Positions 30,544-41,637 of a stretch of 64,000 nt of DNA are shown piece by piece. Origin of the DNA: Bryobacterales bacterium (GTDB lineage: Bacteria; Acidobacteriota; Terriglobia; Bryobacterales; UBA6623); contig OY729428.2 in assembly GCA_963422375.2 (NCBI GenBank), forward strand, positions 2,944,001 through 3,008,000, given 5' to 3'. The notes beneath the pieces are model-generated. The model did not search any database. It worked only from the letters and a program-made list of their open reading frames with translations, and was not told the DNA's origin. Position numbers and translations under genes: made by a program. Positions within the stretch are counted from its first letter, which is position 1; the number at the start of each line of letters is the position of its first letter.

Positions 30544-32698
30544 ATGAGACAGCGGGTCGCGGTCGCGCTACTGACTACCCTGCCCCTGGCGGCCGCGGGC
30601 GAGTTCGTCCGCAGCGCCGCCTCGGGGAGCGAATGCCGACGGATTCATGCCGGGCACGTCGCTGCGGATTTCAAGAGAGATCCGGTCTTCGGAAAGGGAA
30701 CTATCTATCTGAATGCCGACAATGCAATATCCGGCTAGAAGTGATTCGATCGGAGAGGGCGGGGTCTAGCTCGGGACATTCGGGTGCGGCCGCGGTATGC
30801 ACAGAAAGGTGGGCTCGTACCAGAATCGCACCCGCTGGCGAATTCCACGATAAATGGACTGGAGAGGCCCGCGCCCGCCGAGAGTCCTTACGCCAAGCGC
30901 ACGGCCTTCTCCGAGGGTCCGCACCGTCCAATCTACATCGTGCGGATTCCTGCTACACGTGCCCGCATCGAGGGTAGGACTCTGAAATCACCCTTGACGC
31001 CCTGAGCAACGTCACAAGCAGCTTCCGGGACCGGCGGAATGCCGCCCGTCTCATTTGTCCTCTCGCGGTTCCAAGGCGGGCTCATTCGCCTGGGGCTCTC
31101 ATCCTAGCCGTCAAATGGTCACGCCCGGGCCGAGAGCCCGTTCCAGGGCTGTTGGAGGGGGCGAGCGCCTCGACGGAGGCGAATCCGCTCATTCCGCTCC
31201 CAGCCGTGGCCGCTTGCGCATGCCGTGCTTCTCGCAGTCTGTCGGAGCCGTCTCATATTGCGACGTCGCCAGTGAGACGACCACGAGATGTCGGGGGCTC
31301 GACACGGGTCGCTCCGGGGAATTCCGGATCCGGAGTGCCCTTCGAACCTAGCGTGAAGAGAGCCCGCAGCCGACAGGCAAGGCCGCGCGCCATGCGCCGC
31401 GTCCGTACCGCCGTGCCGCAGTTGCGGGCGTTGCGCCGTCCCGCGAACTCCGTGAGGTAGCGGCCCGAATGGCGGACGCTCATCCGGTGATAGGTTCCGT
31501 AGGGGCCGCGCTTGAACAGGGACCGGAACGACTCGATGCCGTTCGTATGCGGTTCCCCGCGCACGTAATCGCCGCCGGAGTGCTTGACGGCTTCGTGCAG
31601 GTACTCTTCCACGCCGGCGTAGGCCGCCGCCTCATCGGAGCGGAGCTTGTGGGCCCGGCACGGGCCATCTTGCTCTCGTGCTTGTTGCGCTCCTTGCCGT
31701 CGACGTAGGTCTCGTCCACTTCCACCGGGTCGGCGAACGGGTCCTCGTAACGCTCCCAGCGCGAGCGGACGTGGTGCGCCAGGTGCCAAGGCGACTTCCG
31801 GCTGATGCCCAAGGCGCGGTGCAGCTTCATGGTGGAAGCGCCCTCAAGGCCGGTGGTCAGCAGCGACATGGCGATGGCCCGGATGCGGTAGCCGAGCTCG
31901 GTGTCGGCCATCACGCAGCCGATGTGCACCGAATGGCGCCTGCCGCAGACGCGCCAACGGTACGGCATCGAAGGATGGGCCGTGCCGGACTGCACACCGG
32001 AGCCGCGACAGCGGGGGCAGACGGGGCCGTCGGGCCAGCGCACGGCGTCGAACCATTATTCCGCGGATTCGTCGCCGGGGAACGTGGCAATAACTTGTAT
32101 CAATCTCATCCCTTTACGATACGACTTCCCGAGGACTTTCTTTTTGATTATTGACATCCTATACCGAAACTATTATACGAAGAACTTCCACTGAATATCA
32201 ACAGAAATACCGGAGAAATATGAAATTATTAAATCGTTTGATAAATCGGGAAAACTGGTTGCCTCGGCACTCGGACATATTGTTCCCTTCGGAGAGCAGG
32301 TTCGCATCAATGCGACGTGGGTATTGGATCGACTACAGGAAGCACTCCGTCCGACGGATCACCGATCGCTTCCCGGGGCGGGACTACCTAGCGCTGAACG
32401 TGACGGCTTACCGGCATCCCGAGAGCGGATACTGGTCGCCGCTGATCACCTACGCCTGCGTCCCGCCTCCCCGGAGAGCGCCCGAACCGAGCGTACCGAG
32501 CCGGCCCGAGGCCCCGCTTGCCGCCGGTTCGAGACGCCGCAAGGCCGTGCCCGCCAGCCTCCTCGCGCAATGACCGGTCTGATTGAAGCGGAGCCTCCGG
32601 AGATCGGAATGCGCTCCCTCCCGGATCCCGTCGCCCTGACTGTCATCGGGGCATCGATCGTCACGTCCGTGGTGATTCTGGCCTTCCCTGACGACTGA
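30544..32698 (+). pseudogene. Hypothetical exported protein interrupted by IS1595 copy B
   Basis: Signal-peptide-like start MRQRVAVALLTTLPLAAA is cut at the TSD (30688-30695). Removing the IS rejoins it in frame to the ORF ending at 32698. An alternative frame ending at 32573 is also protein-like. Confidence 0.45.
30696..32287 (-). mobile_element. IS1595-family element, copy B (highly degenerate)
   Basis: TIRs GGGAACTATCTATCTGAATGCCG and CGGCACTCGGACATATTGTTCCC. TSD TTCGGAAA / TTCGGAGA (7/8). Transposase remnants at ~31370-32140 (CPRC, VDETY, HTNGIES). Confidence 0.88.
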
Positions 32699-32856
32699 CG
32701 AGGCGCTGCGACGGACTCGGTCTATTGCAGGCCCGTCGGCTCCGGCGGGCGCCCGCAACGCGGACGCCTCGAACGGAACGACGACCGCCCGAGCCGCCGG
32801 GGCCACCCAATGCGATCCCCGGATGCGCCGGCGTACCCTGATGGGACTGGTCCACG

Positions 32857-33786
32857 ATGATTCGAATCACCGAACAGCAAGTCCGCGAAGCCGTCTCGAT
32901 GCCACTGGCCATGACGCTCGTGGAGCGCATGCTCACTCGCCTCGGGCAGGGCCAAGCCGTCAACCACCCCCGTCGCCGCGTTGCCATGGAAACGCGCACG
33001 CTGCTGCACTACATGGCGGGCGGGGACAACCAGAGCGGGCTCGTGGGCATCAAAGTCTACGCCTCAAACCCCATGGTGGGCGCCCCGGATTTCGTCTTCC
33101 TGCTATTCGATTCCCACACGGCCCGGCTCCTTGCCTCGATCGAAGCCAACGCCCTCGGCCAGATCCGAACCGGAGCGGCCAGCGGGGTCGCGACCCGGCA
33201 CCTAGCCCGCAAGGACGCCCGCAGGCTGGCTCTGTTCGGAAGCGGATTCCAAGCGGAGACGCAGCTCGAAGCTGTGGCGTGCGCCCGCAGTCTGGAGTCG
33301 GTGCGAGTGTACAGCCGCAGGCCGGAGAGGCGCGAGGCCTTCGCCCGCCGGATGCGCGAGAGACTCGGCCTGGACGTGACCGCTTCGGCGACCCAGGAAC
33401 ATACGCTCGAAGGGGCCGACATCATCACGGCCGTCACCAACTCCCGCTCCCCGGTCTTCCCCGGGCGGCACGTTCAGCCCGGCACGCACATCAACGCGGC
33501 TGGCAGCAATCACGTGCTTCGCCGCGAGATCGACGGCGAGACCGTGCGGAGGTGCTCGCTGATCGCTGTCGACTCGCTGGAGCAGGCTCGCATGGAGGCG
33601 GGCGACCTGACGCAGGCCTCGGCGGAGGGGATCCTCTCGTGGGACGCGGTGTGCGAGCTGCACGACGTCCTGTCAGGCACGCGTCCCGGGCGCGTGACCG
33701 ACGGCCAAGTCACGCTGTTCGAGTCCCAAGGGCTGGCCGTCGAGGACATCGCCATCGCCGAGCATCTGTACAAGACGTACCGATAG
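32857..33786 (+). CDS. Ornithine cyclodeaminase / mu-crystallin family protein
   Basis: RTGAASGVAT, GSGFQA, GTHINAAGS and FESQGLAVED motifs. Confidence 0.92.
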   Translation: MIRITEQQVREAVSMPLAMTLVERMLTRLGQGQAVNHPRRRVAMETRTLLHYMAGGDNQSGLVGIKVYASNPMVGAPDFVFLLFDSHTARLLASIEANALGQIRTGAASGVATRHLARKDARRLALFGSGFQAETQLEAVACARSLESVRVYSRRPERREAFARRMRERLGLDVTASATQEHTLEGADIITAVTNSRSPVFPGRHVQPGTHINAAGSNHVLRREIDGETVRRCSLIAVDSLEQARMEAGDLTQASAEGILSWDAVCELHDVLSGTRPGRVTDGQVTLFESQGLAVEDIAIAEHLYKTYR

Positions 33787-33793
33787 GGCCTAG

Positions 33794-35667
33794 CCCGGAT
33801 AATTCATGAGTAGCCCGGAGGGCCATAGTCCGGTCCCTCCGCCCGGGCCGTGAGGGCCCCCGGTCCAGCGCGATCCTCACTCCTGGGAGTGCCCTGCGAT
33901 CCCCGGCGGCAGCCCCGGCCCGGTCCGATTGAGATCCAAGTTTATATGCTGAAGTGGTTTTCATCCGGTAGGCTATAATGAATACGATGTCGCAGCTGCA
34001 GGCTCCCAAGGCGTTCTGTTCCGCAATCCGCGCCGTCGCCCCGTCGCCGTCCGCTGCGATCACGAGCGCAGCAGCTCCGACGGCGGCGCTGTCCCGGTCG
34101 AGGCCGCCGACCGCGCTCCCGGCCTCACCGCGGCGTTCGCCGACTGCCTGCGCGACCGGCGCCAGCCCTCCGAGGTGCTCCGCTCCCTCGCGGACATGCT
34201 CCGCCAGCGCATCTACGGCCTCGCCTGCGGCTAGGAGGACTGCAACGACGCCGGACGCCTCGGCGGCGACCCCGTGTTCAAGCTGCCGCTCGGGCGCGAC
34301 CCCTGGCAGGGTCGCGACCTGCCGTCCCGGCCCACCCTGTCGCGCTTCGAGAACGCCGTCACCGCGGACGCGCCGAGCGCGCTGTCCGCGGTGCCGGCCC
34401 GCTGCGTCGTGCGGCGCCGGCACGAGCGGCGCCCCGAGACGAGGATCGCCGAGCTGGACTTCGACCCGACCTGCGAGCCGACGCACGGGGGCCGGCAGCT
34501 GGCGCTGTTCAACGGCTCCTGCGACACGCATGGCTACTTGCCGCCGGTGGGCGTGGCGCGCTTCGACGACGAGCGCGAGCGGCATCTCGTGGCGGCGCTG
34601 CCGCGCTCGGGCACGGCCGCCGCCGCGGAGGGCTTGCTGCCGCTGCTGGACCGCGTGCTGCCGCAGCTGCGGGAATTCTTCCCGCGGGCGACGCTGCGCC
34701 CGCGCCTGGACGCGGGCTTCCAAGGGGACGAGCTGCTGGCCTATGGCGAGCGCGAGGGCCTGGAGTACCGCGAGGGCCTGGAGTACGTGGTGTGCCAGCA
34801 GAAGAACGCGGTGCCGGAGCGGCGCGCGGCCCCGTTGCGGGCGGCCGTCGAGGCCCGGCGGCACCCGGGGCACGGACCCCGGCGGGGCAGCGGCGGCCGC
34901 GGGGGACCCGCCGTCCCGGCTGGAGCAGTTGCGGGCGAAGTACGCGCGGCTCGGAGCTGGCACGCAGGGGGGCCGGCCGGGCGCGGCGGGTGATCGTCAA
35001 GGCGGACGTGAGCGAGTTTCCCGGGCGCGCCCCGCAGTGGAACCCGCGCTACGTGGTGACCGACGCGGGCGGCAGCCCGCAGCGCCTCTACGAGCGGATC
35101 CACTGCCTGCGGGGAGACGTGGAGAACCGCATCAAGGAGCTCGAGCACGGGATGCGGATGGACCGCGCCAGCTGCTCGAGCTTCGCGGCGAACCGGTTCC
35201 GCGTGCCGCTCGCGGCGGCGGCCTGCGCGATCATGCAGGAACTGCGCTGGCAGGCACGGGACACGCCGCTGCGGAAGCGCCGGGTGGACGGGTTGCGCCT
35301 CGGCCTGCCGAAGCCGGGGGCGCGGGTCGCGGCCACGGCGCAGCGGATCGCGCTGCACGTGCCGCGGACGGCACCGTTCCGGGACGCCCGGGTGGTGGTG
35401 GCGCGGGGCTTGGGGGCCGTGCCGATATGACGCCGGGCCGGGTCCATCCGGAGAGTGTCGGCAGGCGCCGGGCGCCGCCGGGGGAAACCGTGCCTGCCCC
35501 CCGGGCGGGTGCCGCCGAGGAGGTGTCCGCGGCCCGCACGCCGCTCGCGAGACGCCCCGCAAGCCCCGCATTCCCCGCCCGCAGGCGTTTCGGAAGCAGA
35601 TTTGGCGGCCATCGAGGACCCAGAAACTGGACCTATGAGCCTGCGCCGCATTCGTGAATAATGCGGG
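33794..35667 (+). mobile_element. IS1380-family element, copy 1 (transposase pseudogene ~33978-35430)
   Basis: TIRs CCCGGATAATTCATGA / TCGTGAATAATGCGGG and CTAG TSD at 33790 and 35668. Motifs PTLSRFEN, LDFD, RLDAGF, RGDVENRIKE. Several stops and frameshifts. Confidence 0.92.
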
Positions 35668-35681
35668 CTAGGATTCAAAAC

Positions 35682-36633
35682 ATGCGACGCGACATCGCCT
35701 CTCCTCTCGCCCTATGGCTGCTCCTCGTCGCTGCCGCGGCCGCCCAAGTCCAGTGGGACCCGCCCGAGGGCATCGCATGGCGCACCGGTACGATCCACAG
35801 CGAGGGCACCCGCCTGGCGGCGGAAATCTTCTCCCTCGAGTCCAACTCCGGACAGCGGCTCCCCTGCTTGCTCATGGCCCACGGCTGGGGAGGCACGGCA
35901 CGGAGCCTGCGCCGCGACGCCGCGGCCTTCGCGCGGGCCGGCTTCCTAGCGGTGGCATTCGACTATCGCGGTTGGGGCAACAGCGATCCGAGGGTGGTCC
36001 TTGCCGCGGCCGGCACGCCGCAAGCCACCGGGAAATTCGAGGCCGAGGTCATCGCGATCCGCGAAGTGGTGGATCCGGTCGAGCAGACCCGCGACTGGCT
36101 CAACGCCATGCACTGGCTCCAAGCCGAGCCGATGTGCGACACGTCGCGCATCGGGATCTGGGGAAGCAGCTACTCCGGCGGGCACGTGCTGTACGTCGCC
36201 GCCCACGATAAGCGGGTCAAGGCGGTTTTCAGCCAGGTCGGAGGCATGGACTCACGCTTCGTGGTCGCCAACGGGAACCAAGCGGCCAGGACGCTCGGCG
36301 AGGCCACCCGTCGCGCGCGGGGGGAACTGCCCTACCCCGAGCCCGGCGCGGTGGAAGTGGGCTCGCTGCGAGGCGCGCCCATCCGCGACAAGCTGATGCA
36401 CTTCGCCCCGGTGGAGCTGGCGAGGCAGGCGTCCCACGCGGCCCTGGTGTTCGTGATTGCCGAGAACGAGGAGCTGTTCGACAACCGGGGACCATGCGAT
36501 CAAGGCACATGCGGCGGCTACCGGCGTCAAGAAGCTGGTGACCCTGCCGGGCATCGCCCACTACGGCATCTACCGCGAGGCTCGCCAGCGCGCGCAGCGG
36601 CTCGCCATCGACTGGTTCAAGGAGCACCTCTGA
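35682..36633 (+). pseudogene. Secreted alpha/beta hydrolase with one frameshift (~36490)
   Basis: MAHGWGG, FDYRGWG and nucleophile GSSYSG. The C-terminal part with HYGIY continues in another frame after an extra G in CCGGGGACC. Could be a sequencing error. Confidence 0.8.
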
Positions 36634-36679
36634 GAACGCGGCACCGGCTGCCGAGTCGGACGGCAGGTACAATGGGCCC

Positions 36680-37183
36680 GTGTCCGAGCCGCGCGCGGTC
36701 ATCTACCCGGGCTCGTTCGACCCTATCACCAACGGGCACCTAGATCTGATCGAGCGTGCCGCCGCGCAGTTCGACCGGCTCGTCGTCGCGGTCTTGGAGC
36801 ACGACACCAAGCGAGCCGCATTCCCGCTCGGCGACCGGCTGGACATGATCCGGGAGTCCGTCGCGGACCTGCCCAACGTACGCGTCGGCAGCTTCGGCGG
36901 CCTGCTCGTGGACTACGCCCGCAGCGAGGGCGCACGCCTCATCCTGCGCGGCATTCGCGCCGTGTCCGACTACGAGTACGAACTCCAGATGGCGCTGATG
37001 AACCGCAAGCTGGCGCCGGAGCTCGAAACCGTTTTCATGCTGCCCTCGGAGGCGTATTCCTTTCTCAGCTCCGGGCTCGTGAAGGAAGTCTGCCGCCACG
37101 GCGGCCGTATCGACGAACTGGTGCCTGCCCACGTCGCCCGCCGCCTGCGGGAGCGACTCGCGGGGGCTGTCGCCGGCGGGTAA
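36680..37183 (+). CDS. coaD: Phosphopantetheine adenylyltransferase
   Basis: YPGSFDPITNGH, RGIRAVSDYEYE and SSGLVKE motifs. Confidence 0.97.
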   Translation: MSEPRAVIYPGSFDPITNGHLDLIERAAAQFDRLVVAVLEHDTKRAAFPLGDRLDMIRESVADLPNVRVGSFGGLLVDYARSEGARLILRGIRAVSDYEYELQMALMNRKLAPELETVFMLPSEAYSFLSSGLVKEVCRHGGRIDELVPAHVARRLRERLAGAVAGG

Positions 37184-37192
37184 CCTGTAGGC

Positions 37193-38368
37193 ATGGAGCT
37201 CACACGGCGCGTCGGCCGGATCAGCGAGTCCGCCACCATGGCGGTCACCGCGGAGGCCGCGCGGCTCCGCCGCGCCGGAGCGGACGTCGTGGCGCTCGGC
37301 GCAGGCGAGCCGGACTTCCCCACCCCGGGACACATCAAGCAGGCCGCGGTTCGCGCGATCGAAAGCAACTTTACCCGCTACACCGCGGCCGGGGGCGTGC
37401 CCGAACTCAAGGAGGCTATCGTCGCTTGGCACGCCCGCGAGTTCGGCACTATCTACCGCCCGAGCGAGTGCATCGCTACCGTCGGCGGCAAGCACGCGAT
37501 CTTCAACTGTCTCGCGGCGCTGGTCGATCACGGGGACGAGGTGATCCTCCCGGTGCCCTACTGGGTGACCTATTTCGACGTCATCAACTACTACGGGGGC
37601 ACGGCCGTCAAGGTCGAGACGAAGGAATCGAACGGCTTCTCGCTCACCGCGAGCGACATAGAGGAAGCGATTACCGACCGCACCAAGGCCGTGATCGTCA
37701 ACTCGCCCAGCAACCCGTCCGGCGCGGTCGTGGAGCGCTCGGAATTCGAGCGGATTCTGGCTCTGGCCTCGGAGCGCGGCATCACTCTGCTGAGCGACGA
37801 ATGCTACAGCCACTTCACCTACAGTTCGGAGCCGTTCTCGATCGCCTCCGCGGCCGGCGCGAAGCCCCATGTCGCCGTGGCGGGCTCGCTGTCCAAGACC
37901 TTCGCCATGACGGGCTGGCGGGTCGGCTACCTGCTCGGCCCCGCCGAGCTGGTCGCCAGCGCCAACAAGCTGCAGAGCCACGCCACGTCGAATCCCACCT
38001 CGATCGCGCAGATGGCCGCGATAGAGGCCCTGCGCAGCCCGATGGACGCCGTGTACGCGATGTTGGGCGAGTACCGCAAGCGGCGCGAGTACATCGTGGC
38101 CGCGCTAAGGGACATTCCCGGCGTCAGCTGCGCCGAGCCCCACGGCGCGTTCTACGCTTATCCGAACGTCAGCTCGGTCTTCGGCAGCCCGGGCGTGGCG
38201 TCGTCCATGGACTTCGCGAAGGGACTTCTGAGCGAGGCCCACGTCGCGGCCGTGCCGGGCGAGGCGTTCGGCACCGCCGATCACGTCCGGCTCTCGTACG
38301 CCGCGTCCATGCAAGTGCTCGAGGAAGGCGTCCGCCGCATCCGCGCCTTCATCGACGGGTTGAGATGA
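37193..38368 (+). CDS. PLP-dependent class I/II (aspartate-type) aminotransferase
   Basis: GEPDF, NSPSNPSG, SDECY and SLSKTFAMTGWRVG motifs. Confidence 0.95.
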   Translation: MELTRRVGRISESATMAVTAEAARLRRAGADVVALGAGEPDFPTPGHIKQAAVRAIESNFTRYTAAGGVPELKEAIVAWHAREFGTIYRPSECIATVGGKHAIFNCLAALVDHGDEVILPVPYWVTYFDVINYYGGTAVKVETKESNGFSLTASDIEEAITDRTKAVIVNSPSNPSGAVVERSEFERILALASERGITLLSDECYSHFTYSSEPFSIASAAGAKPHVAVAGSLSKTFAMTGWRVGYLLGPAELVASANKLQSHATSNPTSIAQMAAIEALRSPMDAVYAMLGEYRKRREYIVAALRDIPGVSCAEPHGAFYAYPNVSSVFGSPGVASSMDFAKGLLSEAHVAAVPGEAFGTADHVRLSYAASMQVLEEGVRRIRAFIDGLR

Positions 38369-39342
38369 ACCGACTGGAACCGCTCAGATTCCGGCCGTCG
38401 CTGCGAGAGAAGATTTGGGGCACGCATGATCTCCGCCCGGTGCTCGGCCGGGCCGAGCACCGAATCGGCGAGGCTTGGTGCCTGCACGACGGCAGCCGAG
38501 TCGCAGAAGGCCCCCTGCGGGGCCAGTCGGTAGCGTCGCTCGTCGAACGGTTCGGGAAGCGCCTGATGGGCGCGGCCTGGAGCCCGGGCGACTTCGGGGC
38601 GCCCGCCGCCAACGGCGGCGGCCCGAGCGCGTTTCCCCTGTGCGGCAAGATCCTCTTCGCAGCCGGCCGGCTCTCGGTCCAGGTGCATCCGGACAACGAG
38701 TTGGCGCGCCGCCTGGAGGGCTGCCGGGGGAAGACCGAGATCTGGTACGTGCTCGATGCGCGGCCCGGCGCCGAGCTGGGCCTCGGCCTGACCGCCGACC
38801 TCGGCCCCGCGGAGCTGGCCGAGGCAGCCGCCGACGGCAGCGTCGAGGACCTGCTGCGCTGGGTGCCGGCCGTGCCGGGACGGTGCGCGCTGGTGCCAGC
38901 GGGGACGGTGCATTCGGTCCGCAACGGCGCCGTGCTGTGCGAGATCCACCAGAACTCCGACCTTACCTACCGGCTGTTCGACTTCCGGCGCCGGGATCTC
39001 GCGGGCCGCTACCGCACCCTGCAGGTCAGGCGCGCCACGGAGGCGGCGGACACGGCCGCGCGCCCCGAGCTGACGGCGCCGCGGGTCGTCAGCGGCGAGC
39101 CCTGCCGCGTCGCGCAACTCGGCCGGTGCCGACACTTCGCCGCGGAGCTGCTCGCGTGGGACCGGCCGTTCCTCTACTCGCCCGACCCCCTGCGCTGCCA
39201 GATCCTCGTCATCGTGCGCGGCTTCGGATCCGTGAACGCCGTGCAGTTCGAGCCGGGCGACGCGTTTGTCATCCCGGCGGAGTCGCCCCGGTTTCCGGTC
39301 GCCGGGGACCGGGCCCAGGCGGTGCGGGCCTACCTGCCCTGA
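38365..39342 (+). CDS. Class I mannose-6-phosphate isomerase-like cupin protein
   Basis: KIWG, GEAW, LSVQVHP, GKTEIWY, AGTVH and EIHQNSDLTYR motifs. Confidence 0.88.
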   Translation: MNRLEPLRFRPSLREKIWGTHDLRPVLGRAEHRIGEAWCLHDGSRVAEGPLRGQSVASLVERFGKRLMGAAWSPGDFGAPAANGGGPSAFPLCGKILFAAGRLSVQVHPDNELARRLEGCRGKTEIWYVLDARPGAELGLGLTADLGPAELAEAAADGSVEDLLRWVPAVPGRCALVPAGTVHSVRNGAVLCEIHQNSDLTYRLFDFRRRDLAGRYRTLQVRRATEAADTAARPELTAPRVVSGEPCRVAQLGRCRHFAAELLAWDRPFLYSPDPLRCQILVIVRGFGSVNAVQFEPGDAFVIPAESPRFPVAGDRAQAVRAYLP

Positions 39343-40628
39343 GCGAGCGAGGAGGCGGAAGCCTCCGGCGTGGGCTCGGAGCCCCACGCGCGACGCATCG
39401 ACAGTACCCAGACAGCCGCCGGGCCGAGCATCGCGATTCCGAGACACAGCGCCCCCGTCGGAGCAGGCACGCCCAAATCGAGGAGCTGGCCCATGCAGTA
39501 GGTCGAGACCGAAGCGGTCGCCATGAACAAGCCCATGTCGGCCGCGAACACCCTGCCCAGAAACTGGTTGTCCGTGTTGAAGTGCAGCAGGGTGGTCGAG
39601 CAGACCCAAACCAAAGCCGCCCCGCCGTGGGCCACGACGAGGCACAAGCCCGCGACCGGCATGAAGAGAACCTGGCTGAAGAGGATGTAGCCGCAGCCCG
39701 CGGCCACGTATCCGAGCAGCACGGCCCGCCGCATGGTGGTCTGGCTCCTGCTGAACCGCTGCCCTAGCAGCAGCGGGCCGAGAACGGAACCTAGTCCCTG
39801 GAACGCGAAGAGCGTCGCCATGCCGAGCGGGGCGCTGCCGTCCACAGCGAACTCCCGGCTGCCGAGGATCGTGGTCAGGACCACGCGAGCCCCCATGATG
39901 CCGAGGCCGAACTTGAGTGTCAGCAGCGTCAGCAGCCGCCAGTCCCGGATCATGTAGAGGAACCCTTCGACGACGGGCCGCAGGCGGAGCGCGTCCAGCC
40001 AAGATTCCCTGCGGCGCCCGGCAAGGTGCCGCTCGAAGACCCGCAGGCGGAACACGAACCAGGCTGACACCAAGAAGGTGAGCGAGTTCGTCGCGAAGAC
40101 GAACTCGCGGCCGAGGAAGGCGACCGCGACACCGCCGAGGGCCGCTCCCGCGGTGACCGTCAGGGACCATGTGGTCGATCCCAAGGCATTGGCCACCGGA
40201 AGGACCTCGCGGCGGATCAGGCTCGGCAGGATCGCGTTCCTACCGGCCTCGAAGAAGGCGGCGGCACCGATCTCGAGCGTCAGCAGCAGGTACAGCAGCC
40301 AGATCTGGTCCTCACGCTCGATCAGCAGCATGCAGAGCACCAGCCCCGCCCGGACCAAGTCGGAAGCCAGCATGACCCGGCGACGGCTGAGGCGGTCGTT
40401 GACGGCTCCGGCGGTCGGACCGAGAAGCATCATCGGCAGGATCTGCAGAATCGCTGCCCAAGCCACCGGCTCGGCGCGCCCCGTGAGATCCAGCAGCAGG
40501 GAGTAGATGGCGACGGAGTAGAACCAATCGCCCGAACCGCTGACGAGTTGGGCGACCCAGACCAGCCGGAAGTTCGGTGACTCGCGCAACAGTAGCCAGT
40601 AGCCGCGCAGGGAAACCGGTGAGGTCAA
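39330..40628 (-). CDS. MFS transporter
   Basis: About 12 hydrophobic segments with motif A GAVNDRLSRRRVM. Start codon approximate. Confidence 0.88.
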   Translation of the reverse strand: MTSPVSLRGYWLLLRESPNFRLVWVAQLVSGSGDWFYSVAIYSLLLDLTGRAEPVAWAAILQILPMMLLGPTAGAVNDRLSRRRVMLASDLVRAGLVLCMLLIEREDQIWLLYLLLTLEIGAAAFFEAGRNAILPSLIRREVLPVANALGSTTWSLTVTAGAALGGVAVAFLGREFVFATNSLTFLVSAWFVFRLRVFERHLAGRRRESWLDALRLRPVVEGFLYMIRDWRLLTLLTLKFGLGIMGARVVLTTILGSREFAVDGSAPLGMATLFAFQGLGSVLGPLLLGQRFSRSQTTMRRAVLLGYVAAGCGYILFSQVLFMPVAGLCLVVAHGGAALVWVCSTTLLHFNTDNQFLGRVFAADMGLFMATASVSTYCMGQLLDLGVPAPTGALCLGIAMLGPAAVWVLSMRRAWGSEPTPEASASSLAQGR

Positions 40629-40638
40629 GGGCGGCCAC

Positions 40639-41637
40639 TCAGGCGAGGTACAGGCCCGTGCGGTCCTTGGCCCGGCGCACCGTGGCCTCGGCGATCGGCG
40701 CGACGCGCTCGGCGCTGTCGCGCAGCACGCCCCGCAGATAGTCACGGCTGGCCATCAGCTCTTCGTAGCGCTTCTGAATGGGCTCCAGCTTTGCGCCCAC
40801 CATCTCGCTGACATCCCGCTTGAGGGCGCCGTAGCGCATGCCCGCGAAGTGGGCTTCCATCGCCTTGTCGCTCCACCCGCTAAACGCCTGGAATATGGTC
40901 AGCAGGTTGGCGACGCCGGCCCCCGGCGCCTCCCAGTTGACGCCCGGCTGGGAGTCCGTCACGGCTCGTCCGACGAGCTTGCGCACGCGCCCCGGCGGGT
41001 CGAGCAGGCTGATAGCGTGGTTGGGCGACCCGGCCGACTTGCTCATCTTTCTTGTCGGGTCGTCCAGCCCCATGATCCTAGCCCCCACCGCCGGCAGCCT
41101 AGTCTCCGGCACAACGAACGTCTTGCCGTATAGGGCGTTGAAGCGCTGGGCGATGTCGCGCGTCAGCTCCATGTGCTGGGACTGGTCGTCACCGACCGGG
41201 ACCGCGCTGGCTTGGTACAGGAGGATATCGGCGGCCATCAGCACGGGATAGACGAACAGGCCCGTACCGACGGAGTCCTGGCCCGCGCCCGCCTGCTGGA
41301 CCTTGGCCTTGAACTGCGTCATGCGGCCCAGCCAGCCGAACGGCACGGTGCAGGTGAAAATCCAAGCGAGCTCGACGTGGGCCGGAATCTGGGATTGAAC
41401 GAAGATGGCGGAATGCTGCGGGTCGAGGCCGGATGCAAGGTACAGCGCAGCGACCTGCTCGCAGCTCTCGCGGAGGCCCTTGGGGTCCTGGCGCACCGTG
41501 ATGGCGTGGAGATCGACAATACAGAAGACAGGCTCGTAGTCGTATTGGATCTGCGCCCAGTTGCGCAGCGCCCCAAGGTAGTTTCCGATGTGCAGCTCGC
41601 CAGTCGGCTGCATGCCCGAGAATATCCGCGGCTTCAT
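40639..41637 (-). CDS. trpS: Tryptophan--tRNA ligase
   Basis: SGMQPTG, HIGN, YPVLMAADIL and KMSKS motifs. Confidence 0.97.
   Translation of the reverse strand: MKPRIFSGMQPTGELHIGNYLGALRNWAQIQYDYEPVFCIVDLHAITVRQDPKGLRESCEQVAALYLASGLDPQHSAIFVQSQIPAHVELAWIFTCTVPFGWLGRMTQFKAKVQQAGAGQDSVGTGLFVYPVLMAADILLYQASAVPVGDDQSQHMELTRDIAQRFNALYGKTFVVPETRLPAVGARIMGLDDPTRKMSKSAGSPNHAISLLDPPGRVRKLVGRAVTDSQPGVNWEAPGAGVANLLTIFQAFSGWSDKAMEAHFAGMRYGALKRDVSEMVGAKLEPIQKRYEELMASRDYLRGVLRDSAERVAPIAEATVRRAKDRTGLYLA

Noticed and set aside
34751..34786. Short tandem duplications (18 bp here, ~16 bp at 542-573, 9 bp near 62590)
   Set aside because: Two-unit slippage events inside dead IS copies, absent from sibling copies where these can be compared. 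Not arrays.
33794..35667. Diversity-generating retroelement as the cause of A->G differences between repeats
   Set aside because: No reverse transcriptase. The changes occur on both strands across whole IS copies rather than in a TR/VR pair.
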